A DNA stretch of 61,557 nt, the filler included. It is 4 parts of 4 records of this genome, joined end to end, with 100 filler letters (N's around TTAATTAATTAA, not from the genome) between each part and the next. Parts side by side here need not be neighbours in the genome. Positions count along the whole stretch, not along the records: positions 16,678 to 38,890 come from DRR378314_618; 3 more parts are not named here. The stretch is one strand, 5' to 3'. The notes below the pieces were generated by a model. That model worked only from the letters and a program-made list of their open reading frames with translations. It did no database searches and was not told the origin of the DNA. This document shows, in pieces, positions 22,801 through 33,696 of this stretch; position 1 is the stretch's first letter; each line of letters opens with the position of its first letter. Position numbers and translations under genes: made by a program.

Positions 22801-25717
22801 CTTCTGCTGTTGCTGTTGCTCGTGTGCTTGTATTTGCAGCGTGCGAGTCCGGCTCCATGTTCAGCAACAAGCTTCCCGACAATGTCAACATCTACGCTGT
22901 CACGGCCGCGAACCCCGACCAGAGCTCATACGTGCGTTTCAGTGTATGCGCTGTATCTCTGCGTAGCATGGCAATGGTTGGCTGTTTTCTGCATGATGGC
23001 GGCATGGGAAGCGTGCGCAGAATGGCAGCCGTGGATACCACACGGGAGCAGAGCTCCGCAGCTGTGCAGCGCGTCTTTTTTTTTTGGGGGGGGAGGGTGT
23101 TTGCAGCGGCATCCGGAAGGTCGAAATAGTTTTACGTGCGTGTTGTAGGCCGGGCAGCCATGCATCCATTGACTATCGATCTGTCGTTTCTTGTCGTCCC
23201 GTGAGCGCAGGCTTGCTACTGGAGCAGCGAGCTGAACACGTACCTGGGTGATGTCTTCAGGTATGGGCGGATCACCAGCGTGGTGTTGTTCTCGCCCGGA
23301 CCAGTCGGCAATACGCATGGTCGGCGCGCGTGATGCATATGAAAGCAACGGAAAATAGCCGTCTTGCAGTGCCCGTGGAGTTCACACGGCAAGCTTTGGA
23401 TGCTGTGCGCGTCGGCTTGTGTGCGCGCGTGCTCTTCCGCTCTCCTCTTTCTCGGGCAATGTCCATGCAGCTGGCCCAATGCCTTTGTGCGCGTCTGTTT
23501 GGTTGAGCGCGTGCCCTACGCTGCCCCGTGCGCTCGGCGTTCGCAATTCTTGGGGTTGCGATGCAACCGCCTGATATGTGCGATTTGGAGAGCCCGGCTG
23601 CAGCTTTATGTATCGAATAGCATTGCTATTGTTGCGCTCGAGATGATTCTTGATTACGACCGCGGACGAGATGTTTCTTTGCGCCACCGCCTGTGTGTTC
23701 GGGTGCGCCAATTGTCTCCTTTTCTTTCTTCCCCTTTCCCGTGCTCATCGTACACAGCGTCAACTGGCTCGAGAACACCGACAAGGTCGGCATGCAGTCG
23801 GAGACGCTTGAAGAGCAGTACGAGATTGTGAAGAAGGAGACGAACACGTCGCAGGTTATGCAATACGGCCAGCTCACGTTCGACTCGGGTACGCGTTCAC
23901 GCGGAATCATGCATGTGGCACGCGATTATTATTATCATCATGATTGAGGGGTGGTGGCGCTGCGGAGCGAGTTGGTTGCGCACAACACCTTTTCTTACCA
24001 AGCGGTGCATTGTTGTGCGGTATTGGTGCGCGCGCAGAATCGCTTGCGGAGTTCATGGCCTTTGACGGGTCGATGAAGGCTGCAGATGTCATCTCGAACG
24101 GACCGTGCGTTACTTTTTGCAGGGGGAGGGCACTGTGCAGAACTCGTGCTAGGAAAAGATTCTATGGATTGTATCACGCGCCCTTCTGGCCTCTTTCTCG
24201 CCGCGGTAGCATGGCGAAATGTACCGCTCTGCGGTTGCGATTTCCCGCGGCGAGTGAGATGCTTTGCAGAATGCGAGCCGCTGTTCGCGCTGCACAGCTG
24301 CTTGGATGCGGTCACGTGTTCGTTTTCGTTTGCTGGAGGTACGCTCACATTTTCGCGGCCTCTTTCCCCGCTGCGACGGCTTCTCGGATCGGTGGTGGCG
24401 ACTGCGGTTTCGTGTGACTCCGGAAACAGTCACCCGTCGCTGGATGCCGTCAGCTCTCGCGATGTGGTTTTCGCGACGTACATGAAGCGCGCTCAGGAGG
24501 CGAAGAATGACGCCGAGCGCGAGTACTTCTCTGACCTGGTACGGGCGAAGGTGGAGAGGAGTCTGCTTGCTATTTTGTGTGTAAAGGCGTGGCTGCAAAG
24601 TCGGGGACGCAATGGTTTTCGTTTCGTCTGCTGCGTTCCGGGGGCTGTTGCGAGGGCTGTTGATGTGCAGTTCCGCAGTGGATGCCGGGCGAGCACGCTA
24701 CAGCTGCGTGCGCGTTTCTCGCACGGCGGACACACGAAAGCGGAGATTTCGTTCCAGCACTGTGCAGCGCGCATGGCCACGCGGGCGCCATGCATGTCAC
24801 TGTGACCGAAATTGCACCCGAAGTTGCGGATTGTGCTTCTTTTTTTATTTACCGGGCATTGCTCTGCGCTGGAATGCCCTTTTCGCCGGATCCGCCATTG
24901 CGTACCCACGATGCTGCTTTTCTGCGCGCGGTAAGCTGGGAATGGCTAGCGTGGAGGTTGTCCTGTATTGATGCCGACCGTGTGCTGGTATCATTTCCGA
25001 AATTTCTGCTTCTGTAGCGCTAACACTCTTTTTGTGTGTGCATGTGCGCGCGTGTCGCTATTGATGCGGCTCCGCATTGGGCGTCGCTTTGGTGAACTCG
25101 TACCTCCAGGCTGAGCGCGAGCTTGCTGCTCGCCGCCATCACGATGCTGCCGTGCGCCGCATTCTCTTCGAGTTTGGCGATTTCATGGGACGGTACGTTG
25201 TTTTGACCTGAGCGCAGCGAACGTCTGCACGGTGTACGTGGGCATCTTCGGTCAAGGCGATGGGAGCGTGTGCCGGCACCTTGTGTGGTCGCATCCAGCG
25301 CGACGAAAGGGCGCGCGCATGGGTTAGCGTCGACTCCATCCATTCCTGTGTGGAGACTCCGCCCACCACTGCCGTTTCAGGTGTTTGAAGCTGGCGCGAG
25401 GGAAGGATGGAGTGCGTAACTGGAGACCGAGGCTTCCGCGCTCGTGATGCGCGCGAGAGACTGTGCTGAGAGTCGCCCCGCTTCTCTGCGTGTCTTGAAT
25501 TCCTCGGCCCCGTCCGCTCTGCAGCATGGCGACGACGCCGTCGCAGCCGACGCAGTTCTCGTGCCTCCGTGAGGCGGTCAAGGACTTTGAGCAAGAGTGC
25601 GGCAAATTCACCGATTACTCTCTCAAGTATGTGCGCGCGCTCGCGAACCTCTGCGAGAACGGCCACGCGAACCGCGACATCCTGCGCGCAGCGCGCAAGG
25701 CGTGCTCGCATGCGTAA
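19866..25717 (+). CDS. LGMN: Legumain / asparaginyl endopeptidase (peptidase C13), 13 exons, ~421 aa
   Basis: Exons 19866-19960, 20477-20520, 20792-20857, 21345-21473, 21948-22078, 22375-22450, 22840-22931, 23211-23260, 23758-23888, 24038-24104, 24430-24538, 25110-25192 and 25525-25717 are all phase-compatible (1266 nt). Product has a signal peptide, [19 protein letters not shown], catalytic FADHGG and YIEACESGSM, and a C-terminal Cys-containing prodomain ([25 protein letters not shown]), which argues against GPI8. Confidence 0.95.
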
Positions 25718-26360
25718 ACGCGTGCTACTGCGCCGCGCTCTGCTTTAGGAGCCCATGTGTTTCGCCGGACCCCACGCACAGCCCGTGGAAGGGTTAGGCT
25801 AGCGACGGTGCTCGCTCTGTTGCGCAAGGACGGCTGGCGGAGCCGCTTGCGGATCTAGGAGCGATGTCTGGCAGTAAATCGCATGGCCCTGTTCCTCTCG
25901 CATCTGCACGTGCACGTTTCGGCTGCGGCTGGACGCGTGCAGAGCATGTCGTTGCGCGCGGGGCTCGCAGGGGATAGCCGCGCGCCTCTGCGCCTTGCGC
26001 TCCCCGCGTTTCCGCCCACGCACACGCCGCTGTGCGAACAGCAAGCGCGAAGGGTATTCTCCGCGTCCCACCAAAGCGCGCATTTCCAACGAAGGTCGCA
26101 TTTATTCCACAGGCCTGCGATGAGGTGCCGGCGCAGCAACTGCAACAGCGAACGAGCCACCAAGGCGCCTCTCGCAGCCACGATGCGTCGCACACGGCCG
26201 TGTACGGTGCGCACCGCCGCTTACACATTGCTATTGCGATACGGTTTTCGATTTCTCTCTCCTTCGATCGAAGTCCATGGAGCGCAATCGATGCGCTTCG
26301 CGCCCCCCCCCCCCGGTCTCCCTCGGTAAACCACCTTGCGTGCGCCGTTCCTGGCACGAA

Positions 26361-29300
26361 TCAGGCGGGCAAGCCTTCGAGCACGGGTGGCGCGCTGGCC
26401 GGGTCATTGCTGCCCGCACTTTCCTCGCTCGCGCCCGGATCGCCGTGCTCCGCGCGTCTGCGCTCGAGAAACGCCACAACGTGGCGCACGTGGTCCACGC
26501 ACACCATGTCGATGTTGTATCCAAGGCATTCGTCGAGGAAACCCGTATCGTTGTTTGCCGCGCCAAACGTCATCATCATCATTCCACGCCTACGGACGGC
26601 GTTGATCACCGAAGACTCGACTTTGACGACATCTGCGTCACAAATCACGCCCATGAGGTGCTCGGAGCGCGCGAAGCGGATCGCCTCGCGGAGGGAGTTG
26701 CAGCGCGGGTCGACGCGCTGGATCAGACCGGCGTCAGTGAGAAAGAAGACGGGATACCTGGTCTGCTTTCTCGCGATGGCGACGCAGATGTCCGGTTCGA
26801 AGGAGCTGAAAAAGATGTGTCTGTCGCCGGCGTAGCGGAAAACGCAATCGAGCACGCGGTCTACGTACGCATTCTTGTCCATAATGAGGCGCGTGTGCAG
26901 GAACCCGCACAGCTCGCGCTCCTCGAGGAGCGGGTACTTGAGTTCGATGTCGCAGCCGCACTGCGCCGGCAGGCCCTGGAACACGTCGGCGAGCGCTGCA
27001 AATTCGTCGTGGATACCGCCGCGCATAACCTGGTGCGCAGTAAACCCGTGCAAGTTCGACGGATCGCGTTGCTGAAGGCGTTCTTCGCCGAACACTACCG
27101 CGGCTGCCGCCCCGACGCTTGCGCCGCTGCTCGCGTCCGAGTCCGCCCCGGAGTCACCTCCGCTGGTGTTGTCCTCCGCCGTGCGGCGCTCCACGAGATC
27201 AAGATCGTCATGCGAGCGCGAGTGCATCAGCGAGCCGTGGCGCGCTCGATAGCGGCGTTGAGCTCGTGGCGGTGCCAGCTCGGCAGCGCGGCCTGCAGCC
27301 GCAGTAGCGAGCGCACCGCGCGCTGCGCTTGCAGCTACGGCACTCGCGGTGGATACCGCCACGGCGGTCACGGCGGCCGCGGCCTTGTCCGCGTCTCCGT
27401 TGGCGATTCGTTCATCGCCTTCGAAAAATCGCCGCTGAGGATCATCTTCCGCTCGCACGCGCTGCTCCTGAATGCGTCGCTGGTAGCGCGACATTCTTTT
27501 AAACTGCTGCCGCGACAGAATGCTGACCGGGATGTCCAGGCCGGGAATGACATCCATGGTCCAGTTGTGGTACACGACGGGGCACCCATCCATGGTGAGC
27601 TGCACGTCGAGCTCCACGTACGCAGCGCCCGCATCTGCGGCTCGTTTGAAGGATAACACCGTATTCTCCGTCACGTGCGTGCGGCGGACAGAGCCAACCC
27701 TCGTGTTGCTCATGGCACCTTCGCCGCGGTGGCCAACGACGACGGGCCTGTCGTGGAACAGCGCCGGGGGCGGAGCAATAGGGGTGCGCGCAAGGATTTC
27801 CGCAACGTCGGCTCCGAGGCGCTCGCGCGGCGAGTACGGCGTGATGACAAAGAAGAAAAACTCGACCGTTCCGACCGTCTCCAGCCGGGTATTGAGGACA
27901 GGTGCGCTAGCGACAGCCTCGAGGGTGCCAAGGGTAGCGCCATCGACGACTGCTCGACCGATGGTGGCGCCGCCAGCGCCAATGACGTCGATTCGGAGCT
28001 CGACATCGCGCGGATGGCTGTGGAACGTGATCTTGCACCAGTCTGTTGCGTCCGAGGGAGGCACGTGTCCGGGGACAACACGGGGCGCGCTGGTAGCGCC
28101 CGGCACGTGAAACACGAGGCGCACGCCAGCGCTTGGCAGAAGCGCGTTGTCGCGGAGACGCACGGGCAGCGTCCGAACACGATGATCGCCATTGAGCACC
28201 ATGGTGTCTACAGCGGCCTCGTGCTCGATTTCGTTCGCAACGCGCTCGTCGAGCGTCCCCGCTACCGAGGGAGCTGGTGGCCTTGTAGGCCGCAAGTCCC
28301 CTGCGAGCAGAGCAGCATCCACGGACCCAGAGTCGATGGCGCCCGGCAGCTCTGGTGCAGCAGCGCCGTGGGCGGCGCGCTCGTGCGCGAGACGCCGCGA
28401 CGTGATGCGCTGCAGGGCTGCAAAGCGGCCCGGCATAATGCGGAGCTCGTACTCTCCCACAGGAAGCGGCTCGCGCCGCAGGTCGCGCCGCAACGCGCGC
28501 GAGGCGACCGCGTCGTAGGGGTGCTCGACATCCATGTCAGCAGTTGAAGGGCATCGCGGCAGCAGGTCGTCGCAGCGAGAGAGATGGCCGTTGTACACCG
28601 CGTGCTTCCGCGGAGACCATCCAAAGCGATCGCATTTAGACGGGTCTGCCCCAGCCGCGATGAGACGCTCCACAACCGCCCAATGACCCCCTCGCGCTGC
28701 GGCGATCAGCGCGGAGCGCCCAGCGCCGTCGGGGGCGTTCACGACGTCCACGCAGCGGTCTGTCGCACCCAACAGCATATCGATAATGCGCACCGACCCG
28801 GCGGCAGCAGCGTGGTGTACAGGCGTCTTGCCATCGCGGTCGGGACTGCACAGCAGGCCCGGTACGGGTGAAAGTGTCTCGCCAGAGGCGCGCGTGGGCG
28901 AGCGCACTTGCGCGCAGCCCTGCTCGCGCCATGAAGGCGACGTCGGGCGGACAGGTGAGGACAGCGATGCCGCGACGCCGAGCGCATCTGCCTTTGCACT
29001 CGCTTGGTCGCCGTCCGGCGCCTGCTGCACAGTGTTGCCCTTTTCGTTCGCGTTGGCGGCCGGCGCCACAGCAGACGCACACTCGAGGAGGGCGGCGACG
29101 GCTTCCAGGCGCCCCGCAGCGCAGGCTGTGTGCAGCGGCGTCCTGTTCGCGTTGTCTACCGCGAAAACCGAGTACGGCATCTGCCTCATGAGCCGAGACA
29201 GAATTTCCGGGGGACCTGCTCGCGCGCACGCGTGTACCGCAGTGAGGCCGTTGAGATCGGGAACGAGCGGTGACGCGCCTGCCGCAAGGAGTGCCTCCAC

Positions 29301-32300
29301 GCAGGGCGCGCGGCCAAGCGCGGCAGCGCAGGCGAGCGGAGTGCGCCCGTCTGCGTCGACGGCATCGACCACCGCGCCGGCGTCGATGAGCAGCTGCGCC
29401 GCTCTACAGTGACCAAAGATGCATGCTCTATGTAGAGGGCGGCGCGCCAAGTAGTCGGGCGCGTTTGCTGCGCTCTGTGCACCTGCACCGGCGCGTGCGG
29501 CAGCCTGCAGGGCGGCGTTGAGGGCGGCGGAGCTCCCCGCGGCGGCCGCCTCGTGTACGACGGTGCGCAGGCGCGCGTCGGACGCGAGCAGCGCCGCCGG
29601 CCCGGCTGGGCTGTTGGCAACGGCGTCGACCAGGTCTGCAGCATCGAGCTCGACAGCCAGAGCAAGCACTTCGCGGCAGCCCGCTGACGACTCGAGCGCG
29701 GCCCGCACCGCCGGTGCAGACAGCGCGTGCGCTGCGCCGCCGTGTGCCGCGACGTCGGCGCGCAAGTCCTCCAGCGATACGCCTGGCGGCGGAATAAGCG
29801 GCAGGTCGCTTGCACCTGGCACTGGCTACAAGGGACAGGAGGGTACGAGCACACAGCGGAGAGGATACTCGGGAATCAACTGGGCTGTGGCGGCCGCAGT
29901 GGCGACCAGCGTTGAAGGAAATGCGAGCACGTGCACTGACAGGAAGGATAGTGGAGAAACGCGCCACTTGTGCTCTCTGACTGGGAATACACGTTCCGTG
30001 GACGCCCTACTGCTGCTTGCAGACAGCGCGATAGCGTATGTGGGCGCGCAAATATAAGCCAGCCAGCCAGCATACATGCAAGCAAGCAACAGCACCTGCT
30101 TCTCTGCAGCAGGAGCAGCCGTACCATGTCTGGTGCGCTCTGGAGCCGCTGGATCGCATCGCGGATTTTCGATTTCCACGCGATACACTGCTCGCGCGCA
30201 TCGATAAAGTGCTGCACAAAATGATCTGGTTGAAACTGGATTGTCGATCTGCCCCCCCCCCCAAGAAATCGCAGAGCACTCCACGGTTGGTGTATCACCG
30301 GCGGGGCTACGCTGTGGTGTGTTCTCGTGCGCGTGCCGGGCATGCGGCACGGCTCGGCTGCACTGCACTTGCGCTTCAGGTGCGTTTCCATTCCGCCAAA
30401 GCAAAGAAGAAAACAACGAAAACAAATACATTCGCGGCGCGCCGCACTGCATTGGAACATACCCTTTCTGTTTACGGAACTTTTTCAATATTTTTCGAAT
30501 TCCCTCGGCGTTGAAGTGCGAAAAGTTTTCCAGTGGTTGAATAACCGTGGAAAGGTACTCCTTAAGCTCAAGAAGCAGGCTGGCGTGGCGGTGTCGACGG
30601 CCGTCCGACCCGCGTTCCAGCGACTCTGCCGCAGCAAGATCTGCCGAAAGTTTTTCCCACTACACATACCCAGAGGATGGCAAACGCAGGGTCAATAACG
30701 CACATGAGAAGGTGCCAGGCTGCAAATAGCGCCGACAGAGGTCGGGACTCTTGCGCGAGCAGCACCCTTTGCCCGATATGAGCAGGGTGAGAAACGCGCT
30801 GCATCAGTTGTGTGGAGATTCCGCATTGCACAATGGACACACCGGCCGCTACAAATGTGGATCGCGCGTTTTATTACCGGCTGCAATTTTGAGCAAGGAC
30901 GGCTTCAGGGATACGGAAAGCGGGCAGGGTAAACGCGTACCATCGCGCTCGCACCAGCCATTTTGCTGTCCAGAAACGCCGAGCTGCAATGCAACAGAAA
31001 CGAAACCACGAAATCAACCACAGTGCGAACAAACGGGGGAAATGATCGATCCTGCTAGCCTAGTTCAATGCAACCGGCGGCGGGTTTGTCACCAATGCCG
31101 CGGCGCGGGTGGCGGCAGTGGCGCCGAGCCGCATCTTGCACGCACCGCAGCCATCATCGCGGTTTGCGGCCATTCTCAGACGCGTACGACACACCCACGC
31201 CAGGTGCCAATTTGGTTTGCAGGGCAGCAGGTGTGACAGCCTTTTTTTGCTATATGTACATTTCGTAAAGCAGGATGGGTAAGCGATCCCTTCATGTAGT
31301 GCACACAAGCCCACTGAAACAGTTTCGCCCCGCGAAAAAAAGTTGCGAAAAAAAAGCTAAACAAATACAACAGCACTAGCGGCTTGGTGTCCGAGCACGT
31401 ACCACCTTTGGAACTCTGCGAGAACGCGCTTCGAAAACTCGGGTAGGCCGATCGACGGGTGCGAGCCGGCATTTTGGTCCGTTCTTTGAAACGGTGCATG
31501 CATGGGTATTACGGAAACGAAGCGGCATTGGTACGATAGGAAGTAGCGGTGAGCAAAGCGGGTTCCACGCGCAGGAGCACGGCTTTCGGAGACTCCGGCT
31601 TGGAAGTGAGGTCGTGGGTGCACGTTCGCCGCGTGTGAAGCGGCGCCACTGGACTGAAAAGTGCGATTTTTCCCCATGTTACTACCATGGAAATCTCTAA
31701 CTGCAAAAGTCGCAAGAACAAAGGGGAAGCATCGCCATTGGTGCAGAGGCCACGAAAAAAACAAACCACAACAACAAAAAATCAACAAACCCAAACAAAC
31801 CCAAAGATGACAGTGGAGCGAGCGCGGGCGGGAAGGTGGTGAGACGGTGCGCTCCATCTCTCCCCTTGAATGTGCTAGATGGCAAATCCCACAAAAAACC
31901 TCCAGGCGAGGTCTGTGATACGTGCGAACCGAAACGAGCGGACGCGCACTGGTGACACGTCGCGAAGCTGCGCTGGTGCACTGGGCGCGCCTTGCTGTCG
32001 CCGGAGCGCAGAGGTTTGATCGCCAGCAGACCGGGTAGAACGCGCACCTGTCATCCGTCGCCGCAGGATCCAAAGACTTGATAAACTGCTTGAGCTTCTT
32101 ATAAGCAAGATAGTGCTGCTCCCAGGCTGGAACAGCGTTCAGCTGGAGTGTTTTGCCTGGAGAGCAGTGGATGGCGACGGTGGAAGAGAGAACAAGCAGA
32201 GCGCGGACGGACGGACGCGTGCGTGGGTTCGGAGCGGCTGGCGGGTGCGCTGCGCGCGGCAAAGCGCAACCTGCGTCTCGCAGAGGGCTTGCGGAGGCAT

Positions 32301-32587
32301 GGTAAAGGCACCGCCAAGCACGCAGCTGCGAGATTTTCAACGCATCTTGCGGTATTGGTACGTTTTGAGATACGTTTGTTGTTGTTGTGAGGAGACAACA
32401 CCGCGCCTCATGGAGGTGGGTAGGCGCACTATACTCAATATGGACGCGCTGCGAAAGTACCAGGAGCTTCGCGACAGCGTGCTCGTATGCACGACCGCGT
32501 GCCCGCCAGACGAGGCGGCCACCAAGAACATTTTGGAAGGAATGCAAGCCGCGGATACAATGTCATTGCAAACGCACCGAATTTCAT
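26361..32587 (-). CDS. GDE1: SPX-ankyrin-glycerophosphodiester phosphodiesterase (Gde1-type), 7 exons, ~1340 aa
   Basis: Exon 1 (32587-32578, ATGAAATTCG) plus exon 2 (32156-32048) give the SPX start MKFGKTLQLNAVPAWEQHYLAYKKLKQFIK; a later exon gives FNAEGIRKILKKFRK. The 3.47-kb last exon carries ankyrin repeats (GRTPLACAA, GLTAVHACA, NRTPLHTAC, GKTPVHHAA) and GDPD motifs VVGHRG, ENTVLSF, VELDVQLTMDGCPVVYHN, DIELKYP, FFSSF. Confidence 0.92.
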
Positions 32588-33696
32588 ATCAACGTTGAAC
32601 CTGGATTAGCGGTTTCCGTACAAGGGGGAAAGCGTGGGGCGTCCTGCAAGAAGAATGCGCGGCGAGTGAACGTGAGCGTCGCCCAAGCCCCGTGCGCGGG
32701 AGCAGCCCGCAGAGCAACTTGGTTTGCGCGACGGCTCAGGCACGAGCCTCGCCCCGTACCAGGTGCGCGCGCTCAGTAAACTGGGTTTCTGAAGCGGAGT
32801 GCTGGACAAGCGTGTCAGCACCCGTATCGCAGAAAACTATTCAAGGCCGAATGGAGCACGAAAGCACATCGCCCGAGCGAGCAGGTGCCCGCGTGATCCG
32901 CAAGCCGCGCGGCGCGGCGGCGCGCCCACGCTGCTTGCCGTTCCGCGCCTACGCTACCGCGCAAGCACCGCTTCCTCGCTGCTGTGCCGACGAGGAAGGC
33001 AACGCCGCGCGCCTCGCTGCACGCCCAGGACACCCACATCCTGCAGCGCACCGGGATGGGCAGCGCACGGGGTTGCGTGCGCGGGAGGACCGCAGGTATA
33101 TCCTGCGCCGTGCCCAGCGCGCGTGCGTGCGCTGCAGAGCGTCGTTTGATCGGGCGCCTATGGCCGGGGAAGGAAACACTTCAAACGCCAAGTCCTCTCT
33201 CTGTGCGCGGCGACGCGGCGCGGTACCGCGTCGCGCGGGCTCGGGCCTAGGGCTGGAATACCTTGGCGGCCCTCGCGTGGACCAGGCTCGTCTTGCAGCG
33301 AGCGCTACTGCGTCGTTCCTGGAGGACCGTTCCGTTTCCTGCCTATCCCTTTTTCATCGTGCCCTTCTTTGTGGGTACATTACCATGTGATGTCTGCGTC
33401 TACGTAGGAGTATGACTTTCCCAGCGCACGCGCCGCTTTTGGGACGCTCGCGCTCGCGGATCGGTGCGCGGCGTTGCGGGCAACGGCGTTGCAAGCTTCG
33501 TGTCCGGTAGCGCGCGCTGAGCAGCAATCCTCATGGGACTAGGGCGGGCGTTGCGTTTCCACCTCGCGGATTTCGCGTTTGTGCAGGCGCCCTGCAGCAC
33601 TGCGCACTCGTGTCTGGATACGCTGCAAGGCGTTCTGCGCTGGGTTTACTACCTTTTCCGTTTCTCGCCCATCGCCTACCCTTGAGGCCTTTCACC

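Noticed and set aside
19961..25524. Introner-like (transposon-derived) introns, suggested by frequent GTGCGT/GTACGT starts
   Set aside because: By eye the introns share no similarity beyond the donor hexamer and show no terminal repeats. An all-vs-all intron alignment would be the formal test.
19866..25717. GPI8 transamidase or peptide-ligase-type AEP
   Set aside because: It has a legumain C-terminal prodomain, no TM anchor, and an SSYACY motif like ordinary proteolytic legumains.
26277..29412. Long plus-strand ORFs (459, 290 and 208 aa)
   Set aside because: Antisense shadows of the GC-rich GDE1 terminal exon.
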